Part shown: positions 26,381 to 33,162 of the stretch, piece after piece
How the letters are laid out: the number at the start of each line of letters is the position of its first letter
How positions within the stretch are numbered: position 1 is the first letter of the stretch
NCBI GenBank assembly: GCA_043750125.1
Contig: JAYVCD010000116.1
Location: 1-33,162 of the forward strand
Direction: 5' to 3'
Length of the DNA: 33,162 nucleotides
DNA from: Archangiaceae bacterium
Lineage (GTDB): Bacteria > Myxococcota > Myxococcia > Myxococcales > Myxococcaceae
Notes under the pieces: generated by a model
What the model saw: only the letters and a program-made list of their open reading frames with translations
What the model was told of the DNA's origin: nothing
Database searches by the model: none
Made by a program: the position numbers and the translations under genes

Positions 26381-27436
26381 TCACACCGGGTCGGTGCGCT
26401 CGAGCGGAAAGAGCAGCAGGTCCAGGTGCCCATCGCCCCAGTCTTCGAGTGCGCGGCTGAGCTCGGCGAAGCTCTGGGCGACCAGGCGTCCCTCGAAGCG
26501 CGAGACCTGTTGCGCGCCGTAGCCCAGAGCCCCCAGGGTGTTGATCAGCCCGCGACCGCCGGTGTACTCGAGCAGCAGCAAGGGCCGAGAGGTCTTCAGA
26601 ATCTGCCCCATTCCCGCGAGCGCCTGTTCTTCGGCGCCCTCTACGTCAATCTTCACCAGGTCGACCCGGCGGCCGGCGATCAGATCATCGAGGGGTCGAA
26701 GCTGAACCTCGAAGGTCCCGGTGGATGCCTGGCCGACCAACGCATACGAGCCCCCGTTGGCGCGATCGGGAAGCGCCATCTGGGCCCGGCCGGTCGAGGC
26801 TCCGACCGCTACCTGGTGGGCCTCGATCTGGTGCAGTCCGTTGCGAGCCACGCTCTTCTGCAGCAGCTGGAAGTTGTGCGGCGCCGGCTCGATTGCGACC
26901 ACGCGCCCCGTTGGGCCGACCTGCCGCGCCCCGAGCAGGGTGAAGTACCCGATGTTGGCGCCGACATCGACGAAGGTGTCTCCTTCGCGCAGCAGTCTGC
27001 GCACCGCGCGCGTCACATCGGGTTCCCAGGTGCGGTGGCGCGCGAGGTGTTCGCCAATGACCAGATCGTTGCCGTCGACGAGGATCGAGAAATCGTCCAA
27101 CTGCACCCACTTCTCGACCGCGGGCAAAGGGCCTTGGGCCGGAGCCACCCGCGCCTTCAATTCGGAGCTGACCCAGAAATCGGCGGCCAGCTGCTCAGGA
27201 GTCAACTGCAGCTGACTCAGTCTTCGGCGGTGGTGGGCAAACCCGCTGTCGTCAGGCGAGCGCCCCAGCATCAACCGGTAGGCAAAGAAGACGTCGAGTG
27301 CGCTGGCGCGCTTCTTCCCCACCAAAGCGTTGAGCAGCGAGAGGACCGCTGTGTCGTGTCGATGGCGCAGACCGCGCGCGGCTGCCCGGACCAGACGGAC
27401 CAGGGGACCTCCACGCTCGAGCCATTTTCGGTTCAT
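26381..27436 (-). CDS. FkbM family methyltransferase with an N-terminal DUF4214-like helical segment
   Basis: WEP, FVDVGANIGYFT, AIEP, KIDVEGAE; N-terminal AYRLMLGRSPDDSG. Confidence 0.87.
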   Translation of the reverse strand: MNRKWLERGGPLVRLVRAAARGLRHRHDTAVLSLLNALVGKKRASALDVFFAYRLMLGRSPDDSGFAHHRRRLSQLQLTPEQLAADFWVSSELKARVAPAQGPLPAVEKWVQLDDFSILVDGNDLVIGEHLARHRTWEPDVTRAVRRLLREGDTFVDVGANIGYFTLLGARQVGPTGRVVAIEPAPHNFQLLQKSVARNGLHQIEAHQVAVGASTGRAQMALPDRANGGSYALVGQASTGTFEVQLRPLDDLIAGRRVDLVKIDVEGAEEQALAGMGQILKTSRPLLLLEYTGGRGLINTLGALGYGAQQVSRFEGRLVAQSFAELSRALEDWGDGHLDLLLFPLERTDPV

Positions 27437-27546
27437 CGGGGCACGTTCTAGCGCCGCAGCCCGTCGATGCTGAAAGAAGTGCCGCTCCGAAAGTCCGGAC
27501 GCCGGTCTGCGTGCCGGCCTGCCGGTGAACTGTTACAAACCCCCGC

Positions 27547-28074
27547 ATGTTCCATGGCACGACGATCGTTTGTGTTCGCCGCGACGGAAAGACGGTGATC
27601 GGCAGCGATGGGCAGGTGACCCTCGACAAGACGGTGATGAAGGGCAACGCGCGCAAAGTTCGTCGCCTGGGCGAGGGGCAGGTGATCGCCGGTTTCGCGG
27701 GCGGCACGTCCGACGCCTTCACCCTGTTCGAGCGGTTCGAGGCGAAGCTCAAAGAACACCGCAAGAACTTGACCCGCGCGTGCGTCGAGCTCGGGAAGGA
27801 CTGGCGCACCGATCGCTATCTTCGAAAGCTCGAGGCGTTGTTGATCGTGGCCGACACCGAGAACACCTTCATTCTGTCGGGGGCCGGTGACGTGATCGAG
27901 CCCGAGCACAACATTGCCGCGGTCGGCTCGGGGGGCAGCTACGCGCTCGCCGCGGCGCGGGGGTTGATCCAGCACTCGACGCTCTCGGCGCGGCAGATCA
28001 CCGAAGAGTCGCTGAAAATCGCCTCGGACATCTGCATCTACACCAACACCCATTTCAGCTTCGAGGAGTTGTAG
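27547..28074 (+). CDS. hslV: ATP-dependent protease peptidase subunit HslV
   Basis: [41 protein letters not shown]. Confidence 0.97.
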   Translation: MFHGTTIVCVRRDGKTVIGSDGQVTLDKTVMKGNARKVRRLGEGQVIAGFAGGTSDAFTLFERFEAKLKEHRKNLTRACVELGKDWRTDRYLRKLEALLIVADTENTFILSGAGDVIEPEHNIAAVGSGGSYALAAARGLIQHSTLSARQITEESLKIASDICIYTNTHFSFEEL

Positions 28075-29451
28075 ATGCCGAGCTCATTTACTCCGCGCGA
28101 GATCGTCGGTGAGCTCGACCGCTACATCATCGGTCAGACTGCGGCGAAGCGCGCCGTCGCGATCGCGCTGCGCAACCGCTGGCGACGTCAGCAGGTCGGC
28201 GCGGACATGCGCGATGAGATCTACCCGAAGAACATCATCATGATCGGGCCGACCGGAGTCGGGAAGACCGAGATCGCCCGCCGCCTTGCCAAGCTGGCCC
28301 AGGCGCCGTTCGTCAAGGTCGAAGCCAGCAAGTTCACCGAGGTCGGCTACGTGGGCCGCGACGTGGAATCGATGGTCCGCGACCTGGCCGAAAATGCGAT
28401 CGCGCTGGTCCGCGAGGAAGAGACCGAGAAGGTGCGGGCCCGCGCCGCCGAAGCCGCCGAGGACCGGTTGGTGGCGATCCTCGCAGGGGCGGCTCCGAAG
28501 CCGAACACCCAGACGTTCGGGTTTGCCGCTCCGCCGCCGCCTCCCCGGCTGTCGGATTCCGAGCGCGAGAAGCTGCGAGCACAGATCCGTGCCGGCACGC
28601 TCGATGACCAGTACGTCGAGATCGAGATCAGCGACACCGGAGGGATGACCTTCCTCAAGAACTTCTCAGGGCAGGGAATGGAAGAGGTCGGCGTCAACCT
28701 TCAGGATCTCTTCAAGACGATGCCCGGCTTTGGGGGGAAGAGCCGCAAGCGCCAGGCGAAGGTCCCTGAAGCGCTCAAGCTGCTCGAGCAGGAAGAGGCG
28801 GCCAAGCTCGTCGATCAAGATCGCGTCAACCGCGAGGCGATGCTGCGCGCCGAGCATCACGGGATCATCTTCCTCGACGAGATCGACAAGATCTGCAGCC
28901 GCGATGGCGGAAAAGGGTCTGGCGGACCCGATGTCTCGCGCGAGGGGGTTCAGCGGGACCTGCTGCCGATCGTCGAAGGCAGCACCGTCAACACCAAGTA
29001 CGGCTCGGTGAAGACCGACCACGTGCTGTTCATTGCCGCGGGTGCGTTTCACGTCAGCAAGCCTTCGGACCTGATCCCCGAGCTGCAGGGGCGCTTTCCG
29101 ATTCGAGTCGAGCTCGAACCTCTCACCGGCGATGATCTGGTGCGGATTCTCAAAGAGCCGAAGAACTCGCTGCTCAAGCAGTACACCGCCCTGCTCGCGA
29201 CTGAAGGGATCACGCTGACTTTCACCGACGAGGCGATCAGCGAGCTGGCCCGTCTGGCGCAGGTGGTCAACGACCGCTCGCAGAACATCGGAGCGCGCCG
29301 CCTGCACACCGTGCTCGAACGTCTGCTCGACGAGGTCAGCTTTGGCGCGACCGAGCTGACCCACAAAGACGTGACCATTGATCCGAACTACGTCCGCGAG
29401 CGGCTCGGTGAGTTGGTCAAGGACGAGGACCTTTCGAAGTACATTCTGTGA
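28075..29451 (+). CDS. hslU: ATP-dependent protease ATPase subunit HslU
   Basis: [55 protein letters not shown]. Confidence 0.97.
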   Translation: MPSSFTPREIVGELDRYIIGQTAAKRAVAIALRNRWRRQQVGADMRDEIYPKNIIMIGPTGVGKTEIARRLAKLAQAPFVKVEASKFTEVGYVGRDVESMVRDLAENAIALVREEETEKVRARAAEAAEDRLVAILAGAAPKPNTQTFGFAAPPPPPRLSDSEREKLRAQIRAGTLDDQYVEIEISDTGGMTFLKNFSGQGMEEVGVNLQDLFKTMPGFGGKSRKRQAKVPEALKLLEQEEAAKLVDQDRVNREAMLRAEHHGIIFLDEIDKICSRDGGKGSGGPDVSREGVQRDLLPIVEGSTVNTKYGSVKTDHVLFIAAGAFHVSKPSDLIPELQGRFPIRVELEPLTGDDLVRILKEPKNSLLKQYTALLATEGITLTFTDEAISELARLAQVVNDRSQNIGARRLHTVLERLLDEVSFGATELTHKDVTIDPNYVRERLGELVKDEDLSKYIL

Positions 29452-29459
29452 CACCCCCC

Positions 29460-30653
29460 ATGACCAAGAACGAACAGATCATCGAGCGCGCTCGAAAGCA
29501 CCTGCTGCAGAACTACAAGCAGCAACCCATCGTGCTGGTGCGCGGAGAAGGCTGCTACGTCTGGGACGCCGACGGCAAGCGCTACCTCGACCTGCTGGGA
29601 GGCATCGCCACCTGCGCCCTGGGTCACTGTCACCCTGCGGTGGTGGCCGCGGCGAAGAAGCAGATGGAAACGCTGTGGCACGTCTCGAACGTCTTTTATT
29701 CTGAGCCGCAAATCGCGCTGGCCGAGCGGCTCACGTCGTCCTCGGGGCTGCCGGGCGCGCGCGCCTTCTTCTGCAACTCGGGTGCGGAAGCCAACGAGGC
29801 GCTGATCAAGCTCGCCCGCCGCGCCCAGGTCGATCGCGGCTTCAAAGATCGCTACGAGCTGTTGACGTTCGAAGGCTCGTTTCATGGCCGCACCCTCGCG
29901 ACGTTGACCGCTACGGCCCAGCCGAAATACCAGGCGGGCTTCGAGCCGCTGCCGCAAGGCTTCCGACACGTGCCTTATGGAGACCTCGAGGCGGTCAGGA
30001 AGGGAATCGGCCCTCACACCGGCGCCATCCTCGTCGAGCCGATTCAGGGGGAAGGGGGCGTGCGGGTGGCTCCGGCTGGGTTCCTCAAGGGCCTGCGCGC
30101 GCTGTGTGACGAGAAAGGTCTGCTGCTGATGATCGATGAAGTGCAGACCGGCTTTGGCCGGACAGGAAAGACCTACGCCTTTCAGCACGAAGGCATCATT
30201 CCCGACGCCTTCTCGCTGGCGAAGTCCCTGGGCAACGGCTTGCCAATCGGCGCAATGGTCTGCACCGACGAGGCGGCCAAAGCGTTGCCGTCGGGAACCC
30301 ACGGCTCGACATTTGGCGGCAACCTGGTGGCGGCCGCGGGGGCGTGCGTGGCGTTTGACCTGGCATGCAGCGAAGAGGCGATGGCGGCCACCCGCCAGAA
30401 GTCCGCCCGCATGTTCGAGCTGGCGCGCGCGGTTCAGGCCCGTCACCCCGGGAAGGTCAAAGACGTTCGTGGGAAGGGCCTGCTGATGGGCATGGAAATC
30501 GAGGGCGGGGCGGCGGACGTGGTCGCGCGATGTCGGGGAAATGGCCTGTTGGTCAACATGGCGGGCGAGAAAACGGCCCGTTTTGCCCCGGCGTTCGTGG
30601 CCACCGACGAGCAATTGGTCGAGGGATTGTCGCTCTTCGAAAGGTCGCTCTAG
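29460..30653 (+). CDS. argD: Acetylornithine aminotransferase (class III PLP aminotransferase)
   Basis: GEGCYVWD..YLDLLGGIA, NSGAEANE, FHGRT, EPIQGEGG, DEVQTGFGRTG, LAKSLGNG, HGSTFGGN; alternative GTG start at 29448. Confidence 0.9.
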   Translation: MTKNEQIIERARKHLLQNYKQQPIVLVRGEGCYVWDADGKRYLDLLGGIATCALGHCHPAVVAAAKKQMETLWHVSNVFYSEPQIALAERLTSSSGLPGARAFFCNSGAEANEALIKLARRAQVDRGFKDRYELLTFEGSFHGRTLATLTATAQPKYQAGFEPLPQGFRHVPYGDLEAVRKGIGPHTGAILVEPIQGEGGVRVAPAGFLKGLRALCDEKGLLLMIDEVQTGFGRTGKTYAFQHEGIIPDAFSLAKSLGNGLPIGAMVCTDEAAKALPSGTHGSTFGGNLVAAAGACVAFDLACSEEAMAATRQKSARMFELARAVQARHPGKVKDVRGKGLLMGMEIEGGAADVVARCRGNGLLVNMAGEKTARFAPAFVATDEQLVEGLSLFERSL

Positions 30654-30710
30654 ACTCCGGTTCATGTTTTTGAAGTCGAGGGCACTCTGGCGTCTGACGT
30701 AATTACCGGG

Positions 30711-31889
30711 TTGGGCTCGAAGTCCGACTTCATCGCAGTGGTGCCGCACATCGACGTGCAGCGCCTGGCGCTCAGCCCAGAAGAGGCCGCGCTGTTCGCC
30801 TTGGTCGGTCGGGCGGCCCAAATCAGCGAGGTGATTGCGCGCAGCAACCTCGCCGAATCCCGGGCCATTGCGGCGCTGCTGGCACTGCGGGCCAAGGGAG
30901 CGATCGTCCCCGCCCGGGTCCAGAAGGGCGTCGCCAGCTCATCGGACGCCGCTCTGCTCGAGCAAATCGACCTCGACGACAAGCGCAAGCTCGAGATCAT
31001 CGAATTCGAGAGCAAGTTGCCCGGGTTGGATTACTTCCAGATGCTCGGAGTCCCGAACCTCGCCAGCCCGGACGAAGCGCGCCGTGCTTTTCACTCCCTG
31101 GCGCGCAAGTTTCACCCGGATCGCTTCTACGGGAAGAACATCGGCAGCTTTCGCAGCCGGGTCGAGAACATCTTTCGCAAGCTGACCGAGGCGAACGAGG
31201 TGCTGGGCGACATTGAGCGGCGCACCGCCTACCTCGGCGCCCACCCTGAGCTGGTCGACGTGTCCGCCACGATGTCGGCCGACCCGGTCACGGCCCGGGT
31301 TCGCACCGCCGACGATGATGTCCGCGATGCCGAGCGCCGAACGCGTTTGAATCGCCACCCCTACCTGGCGCGAACGTCGAAGGTGAACGATCTGATCAAG
31401 CACGCTCGGGAATCGTTGGCCAGGGGCGAGCCCAGCCTCGCCTTCAATGACTTGAGCCTTGCCGGCCGTCTCGACGAACGGAACGTCGAGGTCAAGACGC
31501 TGATGGCCGAGGTGCGCAAGAAGCACGAGACCGCCCGCGGGGACCAGGAGTTCAAGAAGGGAGCCGCGTTGATGGAATCGGGAGACAGCCGGGGTGCGCT
31601 GGCTGCGTTTCGGGCTGCGGTCAACGTCGACACCAACCACGCGGGCGCCAACTATCAGGCCGCCAAGCTGACTCTGATGACCAACGGAGACCTCAAAGAG
31701 GCCAGCAGCTACGCCCAGCGGGCCGTCGACTCGGAGCAACAAAACGCGTCGTACCGCGAGCTTTACGCAAGGATTCTGGATCAAGCGGGGATGAAGGCGT
31801 TGGCGCGCAAGCAATTCGAAGAGCTGTTGCGCCTGGATCCCGAAAACGCCGAAGCAAAAAAGCAGCTCAAGCGCCGGTGGCCGTTCTAA
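30711..31889 (+). CDS. J-domain protein with an internal J domain and C-terminal TPRs
   Basis: DYFQMLGV..RRAFHSLARKFHPDRF..LTEANEVL (HPD motif); TPR-like repeats; directly upstream of dnaK. Confidence 0.88.
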   Translation: MGSKSDFIAVVPHIDVQRLALSPEEAALFALVGRAAQISEVIARSNLAESRAIAALLALRAKGAIVPARVQKGVASSSDAALLEQIDLDDKRKLEIIEFESKLPGLDYFQMLGVPNLASPDEARRAFHSLARKFHPDRFYGKNIGSFRSRVENIFRKLTEANEVLGDIERRTAYLGAHPELVDVSATMSADPVTARVRTADDDVRDAERRTRLNRHPYLARTSKVNDLIKHARESLARGEPSLAFNDLSLAGRLDERNVEVKTLMAEVRKKHETARGDQEFKKGAALMESGDSRGALAAFRAAVNVDTNHAGANYQAAKLTLMTNGDLKEASSYAQRAVDSEQQNASYRELYARILDQAGMKALARKQFEELLRLDPENAEAKKQLKRRWPF

Positions 31890-31901
31890 CCTTGGAGGCA
31901 A

Positions 31902-33162
31902 ATGGCGGACCGTGAGCCCGTGATCGGGATCGACCTGGGCACCACGAACAGCGTGGTGGCCACGGTACAAAGCAACCAGCCCGTCGTGATCAAGAACCGG
32001 ACGGGTTCAAACCTGACGCCGTCGGTGCTCGCGGTCTCGAAGACCGGCAAGCGCCTGGTGGGGCAGATCGCCAAGCGGCAGGCGATCACCAACCCGCAGG
32101 ACACCATCTACGCAAGCAAGCGGCTGATCGGCCGGAAGTTCTCGAGCCAACAGGTTCAAGAGTCGATGAAGGTCCTCTCGTACCAGGTGGTGTGCGGGGA
32201 CCACGACGACATCAAGATTCGAATGGGCGGGAAGGACGTCTCGCTGCCCGAGCTGGCGGCGCTGGTACTCCACGAGCTGAAGCTCGACGCCGAGGCGCAT
32301 TTTGGCCAGCCGGTGACCAAGGCCGTGATCACCGTCCCTGCCTACTTCAACGACGGCCAGCGGCAGGCCACCAAGGACGCCGGCCGGATCGCGGGCCTCG
32401 ACGTGCTGCGCATCGTCAACGAACCCACGGCCGCCGCGCTGGCCTACGGTTTTGGAAAATCGGTCAACGGGAAGATCGCGGTGTTCGACCTGGGCGGAGG
32501 CACCTTTGACATCTCGGTGCTCGAGATCGGCAACGGCGTCTTCGACGTGATCGCGACCGGTGGGGACACCTACCTGGGTGGCGAAGACTTCGACAATCGG
32601 ATCATCGAGCACCTGGTCTACGGGTTCGCGAAGGAACACGGCGTCGACCTGCGCAAAGACCGCATGGCACTGCAGCGGCTGAAGGACGCGGCCGAGAAGG
32701 CGAAGATCGAGCTGTCGAGCGCGAAGGAAGCGCAGGTCAACCTTCCGTTCATCTGCACCCCTCCGGGAGGGGGAACGGCGCTGCACCTGCAAAAGCCGCT
32801 GACCCGCGAGAAGCTCGAAGAGCTGTGCGCCGACCTGATCGAGAAGTGCATCACGATGTGTGATCAGGTATTGACCGAGGCCAAGGTCAAGCCGGGCGAC
32901 TTGAAAGAAATGGTGCTCGTCGGCGGGATGACGCGCATGCCGAAGGTCGTCGAGGCGGTGAAGAAGTACTTCAAGCGCGACCCGTGCAAGGGCGTGCACC
33001 CCGACGAAGTGGTCGCGTTGGGCGCCGCGGTTCAGGCCCACTCGCTGACCAGCGAAGAGTCGCAGGTGCTGCTGCTGGACGTGACGCCGCAGAGCCTGGG
33101 CGTGGCCATCGCAGGCGGCTACGTGCGCCGGCTGATTCCGAAGAACACCACCGTGCCGACGT
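31902..33162 (+). CDS. dnaK: Hsp70/DnaK family chaperone (runs off the window end)
   Basis: GGAGG SD then MADREPVIGIDLGTTNS; TVPAYFND, NEPTAAALAYG, DLGGGTFD, GGEDFD, VGGMTRMP, LLLDVTP linker; absent from the ORF track because it has no stop in the window. Confidence 0.95.
   Translation, partial: MADREPVIGIDLGTTNSVVATVQSNQPVVIKNRTGSNLTPSVLAVSKTGKRLVGQIAKRQAITNPQDTIYASKRLIGRKFSSQQVQESMKVLSYQVVCGDHDDIKIRMGGKDVSLPELAALVLHELKLDAEAHFGQPVTKAVITVPAYFNDGQRQATKDAGRIAGLDVLRIVNEPTAAALAYGFGKSVNGKIAVFDLGGGTFDISVLEIGNGVFDVIATGGDTYLGGEDFDNRIIEHLVYGFAKEHGVDLRKDRMALQRLKDAAEKAKIELSSAKEAQVNLPFICTPPGGGTALHLQKPLTREKLEELCADLIEKCITMCDQVLTEAKVKPGDLKEMVLVGGMTRMPKVVEAVKKYFKRDPCKGVHPDEVVALGAAVQAHSLTSEESQVLLLDVTPQSLGVAIAGGYVRRLIPKNTTVPT

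Noticed and set aside
27437-27546. Heat-shock regulatory element (CIRCE or sigma32 promoter) upstream of hslV
   Set aside because: No TTAGCACTC-N9-GAGTGCTAA and no properly spaced CTTGAA/CCCCAT pair
21762-30821. Long antisense or alternate-frame ORFs such as 21762-23087(-), 26270-27451(+) and 29388-30821(-), also 11491-12771(-) and 15141-16319(-)
   Set aside because: They shadow well-supported genes and lack recognisable motifs, as expected from codon bias in high-GC DNA
1-33162. In-frame UGA selenoprotein candidates prompted by the selC gene
   Set aside because: The UGA stops inspected fall at natural C-termini or in 4-nt start/stop overlaps, catalytic Cys residues (IscA, NifS, PgeF) use Cys codons, and no convincing SECIS was seen by eye

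Overview
GC-rich bacterial chromosomal segment. Gene content and order (TolQ-ExbD-ExbD triad, AglU-like beta-propeller lipoprotein, trmFO-xerC-hslVU-argD, J-domain/TPR protein, dnaK paralogue) suggest a Myxococcota (myxobacterial) genome; this assignment is an inference. Most of the window is intact housekeeping and envelope genes. Several items are missed or misrepresented by the ORF track. (1) A selenocysteine tRNA gene (selC, 5323-5418) with no selA/selB/selD in the window. It is followed by a Fic-fold protein lacking its catalytic His, a DHH phosphoesterase, a NifS-like enzyme and a possible secretin-N0/GspC-PDZ fusion. (2) A diguanylate cyclase with an extracytoplasmic CxxCH heme-c motif and a probable CTG start. 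(3) Two decayed patches with internal deletions and frameshifts: 13542-14306 (DUF885 remnant) and 16478-18433 (membrane protein, SDR and FAD oxidoreductase remnants). (4) A proton-motor triad located where topA usually lies between dprA and trmFO. No CRISPR array, rRNA or transposase was seen.
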